Source: the human T2T-CHM13v2.0 reference genome, Homo sapiens. Taken from it: a stretch of 64,000 nucleotides of DNA. The position numbers and the translations under genes are program-made. Below, piece by piece: positions 17,798-34,780 of the stretch; the stretch's first letter is position 1; each line of letters opens with the position of its first letter. The stretch is taken from the NCBI RefSeq assembly GCF_009914755.1, contig NC_060938.1; one strand, 5' to 3'. The notes beneath the pieces are model-generated. The model was not told where the DNA came from. It searched no databases and saw only the letters and a program-made list of their open reading frames with translations.

Positions 17798-19218
17798 ATT
17801 ACAAATCTTTACCTTCCTCATACTGGTGTGTGATGGTGTAGGCCCTGTGGGGCTGATTTAGGATTTCCTGGGTGCCTTGAGTTGTGAGAGGAGAAAACAG
17901 TATCTCTGCAAATGTAAGGGAATTGGACCTTGGAGTTGGGGTTTGTGTCTCTTACTAGTCTGTCTTTGAGGTATTTTGCTAAACTTCTATTTCCTAATTC
18001 AAACAAATGATAGAGAGCTGCTTGACTGAGAGAAAAATACTAACTCCTATATCAGATATTTAGAAGAAGCAGTTGAACAGTTCTTTAGAGTTGGGTGAAA
18101 AAAAATCATAGCCCCAACTAAAAATGCTGGGGTCACAATTGAAGAGGAAAAAAATTCACAATTGACCTGAATAGTAAATTCTCTAATGTGGGATCTTGCA
18201 TTAATGAAAGATCTGGGTTAAGCCCTCAAGTCTAATGATTGAAACAATAGTACAGTATGCAGGATCCAAAGGACTTTCTTCTTAAAAAGTTGTGCCGTAG
18301 TCATGATGAAGGTGTCCATTCATGGTCAGTTATGTGCTCTGATGTTGAATTTCTTACTGTAATTTGTAGATATTTGTGTAAAATGACTCATGCAACTATT
18401 CTGAGGGAAGGAAGCAGTTTGGTGATTTAGTATAAACCAGAATGGAGCCAGAATATTTTTAGAACCCAAAGTTTTTTAAAAATCTGTTTTCATTTATCAT
18501 TTATTTGAATTTAGGTCTCACTATGGTAGGTGAGGTTTGGTATGTAAAGTGATGCAAGACAAACTCTCAGGAGCCAGACTTCAATATACTTTTATGCCCA
18601 GGTCTGATTCTTCTTATTCTCCTTGGGCCTTCATTTCTGCCCACTCAAGCCTGAAGATCCTACTGGTCCAGGAAAATGTCTAGTTGGTTTTCTTGTTGCT
18701 TCAACACACAATTCATATTTACAGATTAATATATGGTAAAGACACTTTAAAAATATGAAATACATATTTCTTTCTGATGTATAAGATTGTTACAAAAAAC
18801 ATCAAGCAACAGATAAGTGAGAATTCTCTTTTCATGTTCTGTAGAGATAACTCCTATTGACAACTTGGTCTGTATTCTTCTAGACTTTTAGTCCATATTT
18901 CATATTTATATAATTTTTAAAACATTTATTACTATTATGTAGCCAACTCTCTTACTTTGTATATTTTAGGATCTATTTCTGCATCCATATATAAAGATCT
19001 ACTTTATCTGTTCAGTATTGATTGATCTATAACCCGTGATTAGATAATCCATGCAAAGAAATAAAATTCCAAGATGGTAAACACTGAAAGGACACTTCTC
19101 CCTACCCCTATTCTCCTGCCTCACAGTTCGCAGATCCAATGATCCAGAGGCAATCATTGCTATCAATTTCATATACATCCTTCCAGAGCAAATACAAATG
19201 GCATCATTCCTGTATTCC

Positions 19219-19583
19219 TGTATTAGTTTGGTCTCATGCTGCTAATAAAGACATACCCGGGACTGGGTAATTTATAAAGAAAAAGAGGTTTAATGGACTC
19301 ACGGTTCTACATGGCTGGGGAGGCCTCACATTCATGACAGAAGGCAAAGGAGAAGCAAAGGCACACCTTACTTGGTGGCAGGCAGGAAAACATGTGCAGG
19401 GGAATTGCCCTTTTATAAAACCGTCAGATCTTATGAGACTTATTCATTATCACGGGAACAACAGGGGAAAAACTGCCCCTATGATTCAATTACCTCCCAC
19501 CGGGTCCCTCCCATGACATGTGGGGATTATGGGAGCTACAATTCAACATGAGATTTCGGTGGGGACACAGCAAAACCATATAA
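19219..19583 (-). mobile_element. THE1 (B/C-like) MaLR solo LTR
   Basis: 'tgtattagt...gctgctaataaagacataccc...ggggacacagcaaaaccata'; approximate 5-bp TSD attcc/atttc. Confidence 0.9.
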
Positions 19584-19589
19584 ATTTCC

Positions 19590-20529
19590 TTCTGTAAACA
19601 AGCAAGCTGTAACATCTCCCAGCCTGAAAGAGGAGGAACTTTCTTTGACTTGTGTATTCCTTTCCAGCTACCACCCAATTTCTTTGCTCCTTTTAGAGCA
19701 GTAATCCTTGAAAAATTATCTCCAATTACTGTTTCCACTTCCTCTTTTCTCACTGTGATCTCAGTTTTCATCCCATACTTAAGGACTCATTGTTATGGGA
19801 GCTATACAACTCTGGCTCCTTTGTTCCATCTTGGAACAAATTGAAGGGCCTTCTTGGTTTCAAAGTTCCATATGTGGGTGGACTGGCCCATTAGTTGAGA
19901 CTGTATTATAGCACAACTTTCCTCAGCCCTACTTCCTTCCTTCCCCTTGCTTAGGGGGTCATCCCAAGATAACTCCTTAATAAACTTCCTGCACGCTAAT
20001 CTCCATATTTGAATCTCCTTCTCAGGAAGACAACCTGTGACATTATCTGGTGGTGTCCTATCTGAGAATAAAAGCCTGAAGTTCTTGCAATGGCTCTGTG
20101 TGAACTGCCCCTCTCTTCCCACTGCCAACATTTCTGGCTACATCTTCTATACTCTCCCTTTTGTTCAGTTTTGTTTAGCCATTCTCTAAATATACTAAGA
20201 CTAGTCATACTTTTGAGCTTTTGCACTTGCTCTTCTGACTTCCTGGGATATACTTCCCCCAGATACCCTCCTGTCTCAACCTTCATTTCCTTTAGGTCTC
20301 AATTCAAATGTCACTTGTCAGAGATTATTTCCTGACCACTCTATATAAAGCAGCATCCTCACTACTGTTCTGCTTTTCTTTTCCTTTAGAGCAATCAACA
20401 CTGTTGGACACATACTATATTTTATTTACTTACTGTCTTTTCCTGTTTTGTTCTCTGCTGTATTCCAAGGGCCTGGAAAAGTGCTTGGCACAGAAAATAT
20501 GTTCAAGTAATATTTATGAGTGAATGAGT

Positions 20530-20530
<1 letters not shown>
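19590..20530 (+). mobile_element. L2 remnant interrupted by an LTR16-like fragment (~19790-20042)
   Basis: L2 motifs 'ggtctcaattcaaatgtcac' and 'agtgcttggcacag...atatttatgagtgaatga'; the insert ends 'aataaacttcctgcacgctaatctccat...acctgtgaca'. Confidence 0.6.
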
Positions 20531-25784
<5,254 letters not shown>

Positions 25785-26009
25785 GGTTTTATGTCTTTAT
25801 AGCTTATTTTTCCATTAAAATTTTGTAATCAGCTTGTCTAGTATCAAATAAAATATTTTTGGTGTTTTCATTAGGATGATGTTACATTTAGAGATGAATT
25901 TAGGTAGACTTGACATTTCCATAGTGTTGAGTCTCTATATTTAGAACATAGTATATTTTACTATTCAGGTCTTCCTTTATTCCCAACAATATGTATTCCC
26001 TTTTTCATG

Positions 26010-26313
26010 ATTGATTGACTGATTAATTTTTAGAGCTGCAATCTCACTCTGTCGCCCAGGCTGTGTACAGTAGTGTGATCATAGCTCACTACAGTCTCAA
26101 ACTCCTGGGCTCAAGCGATCTTCCTGCCTCAGCCTACCAAGTAGCTAGGACTCCAGGCAGATGCCACCACGTCTAGCTAATTTTTAAAATTTTTTATAGA
26201 GATGATGTCTCTCTATGTTGCCTAGGCTGGTCTCGAACTCCTGGCCTCAAGCAATTCTTCCAATCAGTCTCTCAAAGTGCTGGGATTACAGGCATGCACC
26301 ACCATGCCCAGCC
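26010..26313 (-). mobile_element. AluJ
   Basis: 'tgatcatagctcactacagtctcaaactcctgggctcaagcgatc' is J-type. Confidence 0.9.
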
Positions 26314-26636
26314 CCTTTCTCTTGTTTTTAAATTGCTACATATGTGTATATGCAATGTTTTTAATTAAAAAAACTTTACAGAAAGCACCTGACCTGTAAT
26401 TACCTAGATTAAAAAACAAAAATAGAACTTTGCCAGAGAAAGGAAAATAGAAACTCTTGATCAGAGAAGAGTACGTGGAATACCCTGTGGCCCTTCCTAA
26501 GTAATATACTTTTTGACTTAGTGATCATCATTTCCTTGCTTTACAGTCTTACTGCCCATGTAGGCATCTCTAAATAACATAGTTTGCCTGATCTGGTGCT
26601 TCAAATAAATATAGTCATGCCACATATATTCTTTTG

Positions 26637-27101
26637 TGTCTCACGTGTCCGTGTGAAGAGACCACCAAACAGGCTTTGTGTGAGCAACATGGCTGTTTAT
26701 TTCACCTGGGTGCAGGCGGGCTAAGTCCGAAAAGAGAGTCAGCAAAAGGGTGGTGGGATTATCATTAGTTCTTATAGGTTTTGGGATAGGCAGTGGAGTT
26801 AGGAGCAACGTTTTTCGGACAGGGGGTGGATCTCACAAAGCACATTCTCAAGGGTGGGGAGAGTTACAGAGAACCTTCTTAAGGGTGGGGGAGATTACAA
26901 AGAACCTTCTTAAGGGTGGGGGAGGTAACAAAGTACATTGATCAGTTAGGGTGGGGCAGAAACAAATCACAATGGTGGAATGTCATCAGTTAAGGCTATT
27001 TTCACTTCTTTTGTGGATCTTCAGTTGCTTCAGGCCATCTGGATGTATATATGCAGGTCACAGGGGATATGATGGCTTAGCTCGGGCTCAGAGGCCTGAC
27101 A
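26637..27101 (-). mobile_element. HERV-H solo LTR (LTR7 family, probably LTR7B)
   Basis: Reverse complement begins TGTCAGGCCTCTGAGCCCGAGCTAAGCCATCATATCCCCTGTGACCTGC and ends GGTGGTCTCTTCACACGGACACGTGAGACA; TG...CA termini; 465 bp; internal ~31-bp repeats containing GGGTGGGG. Confidence 0.93.
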
Positions 27102-27846
27102 TTGCTGTCTTTTGCTCAACATGTTTATGAGGTTTGTCCGTGAATGTTGCCTTTTTATAAAACACTTTTTAAAAATTAATATATTCAGATCACCATATAA
27201 TTTTTAAAAATTTCTTTCAAACATGAAACAGACCTTACTTTCCTGGAATGAATCAATCCAACGTGGATATATAACTTTTATGTTATATTCATAGTTTATA
27301 GCCAAATTCATCTTACGAGGACTGGTCTACTTCTAGTTTACCTTTACCTTTACTCCTCTGAAGTGGTCCTTTAGAGGTCCTTCTGAAAGCCTACATTTTT
27401 ACCAGGGCCTCTCCTCCTTAGTGGGTTCTGAGCTCCAGTTTTTGTCCCTGCAGCACTGAAAATGGCTAGAAGTTCAGTTTAGCTTCTTAAGCTCTAGATT
27501 CGGCTTATACATCTGCAAAGACCTTGAGGGGGAAAATGGTGCCAAATGTCTTACTTCTGTAAATTTGCATTCTCTATGAGAATATTTATACTATATCTTC
27601 AGAACTGATTCTTATTTGTCTAGCTTGTTTGGTTGTTCTCAGTGAGGTAGTTGGTCTACATAGGCTAGTCTGCTATAATCAGAAGGAAATATCAAGAAAT
27701 AATATAAATTGGCAATTTAAGATTCAGTCAAAGTGCAAATAGTATTATCAGTGAATAGTGATGATAATTTTATGTCGATGCCTCTGGGAGGAACAAAGGT
27801 AGCACAAGCTACCTCAAATACCAGAAAAGACATTTAATATCCTAAG

Positions 27847-27972
27847 GGTTGCTAAGGTGATCTGGCTGTGGCATCTGTCACCCCACCAATCTCAGATTAA
27901 TTCTGATCATCTCAAAAGCTGGGCAGAATCTCCCTTCTCCCTAATTGCTTCATATGTATCCCACCAGATGCT
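27847..27972 (+). pseudogene. 7SK snRNA pseudogene fragment (5' ~130 nt)
   Basis: 'aggtgatctggctgtggcatctgtcacccca' aligns to 7SK 'GGGCGATCTGGCTGCGACATCTGTCACCCCA'. Similarity continues through 'cccttctccctaattgcttcatatgtatcccaccagatgct' versus 'CCCTTCCTCCCTCACCGCTCCATGTGCGTCCCTCCCGAAGCT'. Confidence 0.85.
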
Positions 27973-29143
27973 TCCTCCTGGTTTAATCAATTACCCATGC
28001 CAAGAAATGAAGAGTTATTTATCCTAACTTCTATGCATCTTCTCCCACAATGTCCAACTGGTTACCAAATTACGTCTATTTTATCTCCCAATGTTTATAT
28101 AATTTGTTCACTCCTTTCCATCTCCACTGCCTTTGCTTAGGTCTAACTGTTATAATTTGTCTGAGTTATTGAAAAGACCTCTACTGTCATTCCTCTATCA
28201 AAACAAGGAAAGATCTCTCTAAATACAAATCTCGCTCAAACTTTTGGTACTGTGCTTAAAATCCAAAAGTGGCTCTCTATAACCCATAGAATGAAATTAC
28301 ATATGTTATGTGGCTGTCCTCCCTGTGGCAGATACTGAAGGCAGGCAATGTGTGATGTGGGATACTCAGAAACTTCTGTCCTTGTTCAGGGACTACCCCT
28401 TTCCAGCATATGACTGGAGCACATGACAACCTCTCTGGACCTTGATTTCCTCCTTTACAAGAAGAGGAAATTGAACCAGAATATTTCCAACTCCAGTGAC
28501 TTTGTGATTCTGAATCATTGCCTTAAAATATATTGTTTGCTTTTAAAAATTAATCTTATGTTTATACCAACATCCATATTAGGTTGTACAAATTTTATGT
28601 AGAATAATCTCAGACATCAACTATGTAATTTTTATGTAGCAACAATTGATTTTATCTGCAGTGATTCATGACTCAAGTGGGAAACTAAATCCCGATTTAA
28701 CTAAATCATTTTAATTGACGTTCTCCACCATTAAAAGGCCTGTAGAAGTCCCTCAAGATTAAGATACATGCAACCTGTGATCCTAGAAATCCCTTCCTCT
28801 GTACTAGCCTGAAGTGTGAGGGTTATCTTATTATCCAGTTACATCTCTTGACTCTCTGCTCATTCCCACCCTTGCAAACTAAGCTCTTCTCTGTTATTCT
28901 CAGCCCCCTCAACAAAAATACCTCATACTATCCTTCTACATCTCATGTGATGCCCCTTCCTCCTTGCATGCTTTCTCCCATTGCCCATGTCTGGCTCTCT
29001 CTTACTTGGCCTTTAGAACTCAGCTTTGCCTCACCTCCTCTAATTGCCTTCTCTCTCTTTTTCTGGGTTAGGTGTCCCTCCTCTTTTTCCTGTTCTCTTG
29101 ACACACTCTGTAGATATCACTGTGCTTCTCAAACTACATTGTA

Positions 29144-29144
<1 letters not shown>

Positions 29145-29189
<45 letters not shown>

Positions 29190-29220
29190 GCATTTGGATA
29201 CATGCATATATATATATATA
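29145..29220. repeat. Compound (TA)n(GA)n ... (TA)n microsatellite
   Basis: Read directly from the sequence. Confidence 0.95.
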
Positions 29221-30004
29221 CCTCACATAACTTTCAGTGTGTGGCAGATTTATGGAAAATTATGTTTGTATTTTTCTTAAGTTCTCTTAGGAATATGTTT
29301 CAAATAAGCATAGCTTTCCAGACTGATGTTAATACTTGGTTCTAGTCAGAAAATCTTGTCTTCATTTTGTCATCTTTCTTCTTTTGTGCTGGCAAGAGCT
29401 GACAGCTATTTAAATGAGAATTAAAAATAGATCCCTGTGAAGTACATGTTCCTTTTTTTTCCCTGCCAGGATATAACTGACCACAGAACTGGGATTATCT
29501 TTCTCTCTCTTAAAAAAAATTCTCCATGGGCTGTGCTATCTAATATAGATAAAATCTAGTGATGAAAAAAATAACTCCTAAGAGATATTCCAGTGGTCCA
29601 AATACTTTTGCCACTCCTATTAGAAAATATGCCTTTTTCTTATTCTTAAAGGATATTCAAATAATTTAAAGGTTAAAGTGCCACCAGTTTATGTCAAACT
29701 GGTGTTTATGAAAACCATAAAAATGAAATGCCACCATTATAATCTGTGATTAATCTACATTGTGAATTTGCTTTGACTATGGGATGTGTCTTGCCTTTCT
29801 GTATTATTATCACAAATGGAAGAACCTCAGCCTGTGGAAAGTCGGAACTGGGGTGCTGGAGAAAAAGGGTAACTGTTTGTCAGAGAAGGAACTATGTTTG
29901 AAAGGCTTTTGGCCTGAGGAAGGTAGATTCTAATTTATCGTCAGAAGTGACTGGAGCAAACCTGGCTTAAGACTGAGGCTGAGAATGGGCTCTAAGGCAC
30001 ACTC

Positions 30005-30316
30005 TTTGTTTGTTTGTTTGTTTGTTTTTTGAGACAGGGTCTCTCTCTGTCACCCAGGCTGGAGTATACTGGTGCGATCACGGTGCACTGCAGCCTTGAC
30101 TTCCAGGGCTTGGGCAGTCCTCCCACCTCAGCCTCCCAAGTAGCTGGGAACAGGCTTGTACCACTACACCTGGCTAATTTTTTATTTTAATTCTTTTGTA
30201 GAGATGGGGTTTCACTATATTGCTTAGGGTGGTTTTGTACTCCAGGGCTCAAGTGATCCTCCTGCTTCAGCCTCCCAAAGTGCTTGGATTACAGGTGTGA
30301 GCTACCGCACCCGGCC
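30005..30316 (-). mobile_element. AluJ with (TTTG)n tail
   Basis: Dimeric J-type Alu; TSD TAAGGCACACT at 29993 and 30317. Confidence 0.92.
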
Positions 30317-31779
30317 TAAGGCACACTAAAAAGATTTGATATGCGATTGGATCATTTGTTTGTTCTTTCATCAAATATTCATTGAGTTTTATAATGTATT
30401 TTATAATGAAGCCTACATGACATCCATTATGTCACCTCAGGGCTGCTGGTCACTCTGAACTAACAATATCTCAGGAGACTGGGAGTTGGTTGGGGGTAGC
30501 TTGCTGAACCCAGAAGCAAGCTATGTGTGCTCCATTGATTCTATAATATTCCAGAATTCATTCATTTAGCAAACATTCACTGACATTTGTTAAGGGCCCA
30601 GTGCTGTTCTAAACCAGCTCTGCAGAGATGACCCTGACATAGCGACTGCCAACTATGGTTTTCTTAGTTGGGGAGTGAGGGAGGTAAAGAGAACATTAAG
30701 ATGTCAGGCAGAGGCAAAGCCTGGGAGCACTGAGGAGGGGTCATTAAGCCAGGCAAGGAGAGTCACGAGGCTTCTAGAGGAGGTGGCCATTGAACTGACT
30801 GTCAGGAAGTTTGAGAGAGTGGTAGCCAAGGAAAGAGAAGGGACTTTCAGACTTTATCCACTTTGGTGTTCTCTCTTTTGGGAGACCATGGCTATCCATT
30901 CACGACAGATTAATTTACCCTTTTATTTCAACTTCTCTCATAATGAGATTTGAGTCATTCTTTCTACAAGTAGTTCTCAGCAAATCTCCAACCCAGGAAA
31001 TTCTTCCCTATATCTAGCTATGCCCACCCCTTCCTGGAAATCCAGACTCTGTCCTGGAGTTCTGACTTTTGTGGAAACCATGAGTAGGGTGTTGATGATG
31101 AAGTTGGAAGATTTGTGAATTTATCCTGTGTTACTTCTGGGATTCAGAATGCTCAGTGCTGGCATGGAGGAACTCACATCGTAAGGAGGCACTATGCGTT
31201 TTCCTTCCACTGTTTATTTTTTTGCTAATTTCTTTTCTTTTCTGCAAAACAGTCATATTAGCCAGTCAGTGGAGTACTTTATTAGAGGTAGCATGCTTTA
31301 GTAGCTATGTGTCACATTGTAAAGGAGAACTAAGTTTCATAATTATGAAAAATGCTTAGAGTATTCTTGTATTTATAGTTTTCTCTATGAAGGGAATGAG
31401 TATTCTTTATAGGATTCTGGGCAGTTAGTTTACTTTCACTGGGACTTCCTGGGGAATGATGCACTATGTGACTGGATACTGCAGTCGGAATCTGAAATTG
31501 CTCCGTAAAACAGCTGTCCAAGTCACTTGCATGCCTCTCTTGAATTCTATGCTCCCTAACAATCCACATCTCTAACAAAACTGTCATAGTTCTATGTTTA
31601 TTAGTGATGGGTCTAAGCTCTCTGTGGGTTTTTAAAGATAGGTGTATAACTTCAGTGTTTCCCGTCAGCTAAAGTAAACTACACCCCATGTTGTGGGGTG
31701 TTGAGGAAGCACTGCACACAGATTGTAAGCTTTACATGTGAGCTTTCTATTGTAACCAAGCAACTGACACATTAGACAC

Positions 31780-32216
31780 CCCTTTGCCATCAGCTTACAT
31801 TCTCTGAGAACTTAGGTCAGTGCCTAAAATAACCCTGTTAATTGTGGGGGCACATGTGGAATGAAATTCCACTTAGCAGTCTGGGAGCTGAGTGACTGAG
31901 GATTTGAAACCTTGCTATAGTTACAGTTCATAACAAGTGTCTAGGCAGTTAGACCTTAAGTGTTCAGGTATGGAAAGAAAGTCATATGTTATGTTTTAGA
32001 TTCTGTTTGTAAAGCTGGTTAACTAGAGACAGCTGATGAAAAACCAAATCGACTTGAGTTACAAGATCTGGGCTTTCTCTGCTCTGCTTTCAACCTGTTG
32101 GTTGGTGGTGGAGTAGCTGACAGAAGCGAATGGCTTGGCTGAGGGACATGAAGTGACAGCAGCCTGTTTAGGACCACACCACATTTTGGACCTCTTGCTG
32201 TGCAGTTCAGGTAGGC
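31780..32216 (+). promoter_or_regulatory. Candidate alternative promoter or non-coding exon ending at donor CAG|GTAGGC (32210|32211)
   Basis: Repeat-poor stretch with an E-box (CACATGTG 31851), inverted M-CAT-like sites GTGGAAT-GAA-ATTCCAC (31856-31872), an AGGTCA half-site, and two donors (31967 and 32210). Motif inference only. Confidence 0.3.
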
Positions 32217-33507
32217 TGTTGTTTATCTGGCATTCCTTATAAGACTGACAGAAGTCATTAAACTGTTCAGTTTCAGAGTTGGGCATGAGAATCTCAAGCC
32301 TCTCTCCTGCACATAGCACGTTTATGTTAGTGGACACTGCTTCACTCCCTAACTAGACAGTATGCCAAATGAACGTCTTCGTATTGTTGTTACCCAAGTT
32401 CACTTAAATTCTAGGACATAAGGGAGGCTGAGAGCATTCACACAAAGTGCGACTTATCTGGCGCGTGGTAAAATGCATCTTTAAAATTTACCTTCCTCTT
32501 TTCTGTTTTATTTTCCTTATTCTTGTTCCAAAAGGCAGGCTTTTGTGTTTGTGGGAAACAGTGGGAGAAAATGTTAAGCCTGTTAGTATATTCCAGAACA
32601 TATGGTTTTCTTATTTTTTTAAACTGCTTAATAGGGTCTGGGTTTTATTTGAAGAGTAAGATGAAAATCAACACTACTCTTTTCCAAATAAACTCAGTTA
32701 AACTACTGTTTGTGCCCGTATCAGTGTAAGTAACATAAATTGCTGCAATATTGTTGTTCTTCTTACCCCAATGTTGACCTGTATTATAAAGTATCAAATT
32801 TAGTTTTGGCTTCAAGTATCTGGCACATAAAGTAAGTATACAAATGCTGTATAATAAGTATGTGAATGCTGTAAATGATGCTTTGGGACTTCTACCTGAT
32901 TAGGTTATTTAATCCAGCATTTATTCAAACTTATACCTCATGTCACATGACAGACATATTCCTAAAACATGTAAATCAGGTTTTGTAATTAGAATGACTT
33001 AACACATACTTGGAAAGCTGATCACTTTTAAGGAATCTATGTATAAAATGAATAGAGAGTTACAACTAAATTTATGCTTTGATGGTTCTTTTTTGCATGT
33101 CAGGTTCTTAAATTGAGATTCACTGATGGTGCATAACTTTGGATAAGTTTCTCAGGAACAAAAACTGCATTTTTATGATCTTGAAGTATACACACAGATG
33201 TACATGTATATGTACATGTGTATATATATGTATATTATATGATCACATGAAGCCCTTGGGGGTCCTTAGAAGGATGTCTAAGGGGATTTGGGAGTGGCCT
33301 ATTGATATATTGGATGTTAAATTGTGCCTTCGGTGGAGAAAGATTTTCTGGAGAGAAGGGTCATGGTCTGAGACTTGAGATTAAAAAAAAAAAGTTGAAA
33401 AGAATATTTTCCTACTGTTTGTATATTAATGTCACTAATATACTTGAAAAGCTGCAGTATTATTACCCATCTAACATATTGTTAATGTATTGCAGCCTCA
33501 GGAATTA

Positions 33508-33587
33508 TTAGCTTGAACCATATGAAATTGCCAATATTTGACAATTTTTGACCTATAAAAATGGCAATTTTGTATGGCTCAACCTAG
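33508..33587. mobile_element. MADE2 mariner MITE (80-bp hairpin)
   Basis: 'ttagcttgaaccatatgaaattgcca...tggcaattttgtatggctcaacctag'; long imperfect inverted repeats. Confidence 0.85.
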
Positions 33588-33999
33588 TTATTTAATGAAC
33601 ATTAACTCATATTAATGAAAGGTTAGCCTTAAGTGCCCAACAGTAGTCGTATGAACCAAATATATTCTTATAATTGAAGTATGAGAGCTGTCTAGTTAAA
33701 AAGTAGATCATCCAGAGTTACTTCCTGTGAATAAATCCAGTATGCATGTGTTATGTCCTTCTTTTAATTCTTAACTTCTTTGTTTGGTCTCTTAAAAAGA
33801 ACTTATGTTTCTGCCAAGTGCTGCCTACGGTGTTTTTGAGATCCGGAGACCGTGGGCATACATCCTCAATGGCTGGGAGTTGATATTTAGCAGGATTTGG
33901 GGGTTATCTTTGAGAAAGTTCATCCTCTGGATAGCTTGCCAGTAATCGAATGTGTGTCACAGTGTTAGGGTCTCTCTATGCATAGTATCTTAGTGTTCT

Positions 34000-34780
34000 T
34001 TTTCCTTTTCTAGAGTGAAATCTGAAGTCATTGATTTGAAACCTTTCCTCATTTTTATATAGGTGTTTGGTGCTATAAATTATCTCCTAAGTCCTGCTTT
34101 TAGTGAGAATCTCATGTTGTATGTTTGTTTTCATTCATTTAAAATGCTTTCTCATTTACATTTTGACTTTCTTGACTCATGGAGTATTTAGAAGTGCATT
34201 ATTTCTTTTCTAAGTATTTGGGGATTTTCCAAAAGTCTTTCTATAATTCAGTTGTGGTCAGAGAACATACTTTTTATAAGTTGAATCTTTTAAAATTTAT
34301 TGAGACTCATTTTATGATCATAGTCTATCTTGGGAAATGTTCCATAGACACTTGAAAAGAATGTATTCTACTGTTTTAGTAGAAAAGAAAGTATTCTACT
34401 GTTTTGGTTGACTCTCCTAATTTACCTAAAATGGCACTAGGTCAAGTTGGTTGCTAGTGTTGTTCACATCTTCTCTCTATGCCCTTAGTGATTTTATATA
34501 TATATATATTTTTTTCCAATCAATTTTTGAAAGAGGGGCATTAAAATCTCCAATTAAAATTGTGAATTTGTCTGTTTCTCCTTGAAGTTCTTTCAGTTTT
34601 TGCTATATGTATTTTGAAGCTGTCTCATTAGGTGAATTAACATTTAGGATTGTTGTGCTCCTTGATGAACTCATCCCTTTATCATTATAAAATGATCCTT
34701 TTTATCCTTGGTAATAGTCTTTGCTCTGAAATTTACTTTTTCTCATGTCAATATAGCCATTTCAGCTTTCTTTGAAAGTC
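34000..34780 (-). mobile_element. Old L1M (ORF2 EN-region) fragment
   Basis: 'ttgtggtcagagaacatact', 'cacttgaaaagaatgtattct' and 'tttatcattataaaatgatcc'. Confidence 0.75.

Noticed and set aside
26849-26960. ~31-bp direct repeats superficially resembling a CRISPR array
   Set aside because: There are no unique spacers; these are U3 repeats of the HERV-H LTR in eukaryotic DNA.
29682-29704. 9-bp perfect hairpin CACCAGTTT-atgtc-AAACTGGTG
   Set aside because: A few stems of this size are expected by chance in 64 kb, and there is no supporting context.
34354-34409. 28-bp tandem duplication; similar short repeats at 35322-35363 and 45012-45059
   Set aside because: Ordinary slippage duplications with no functional signal.
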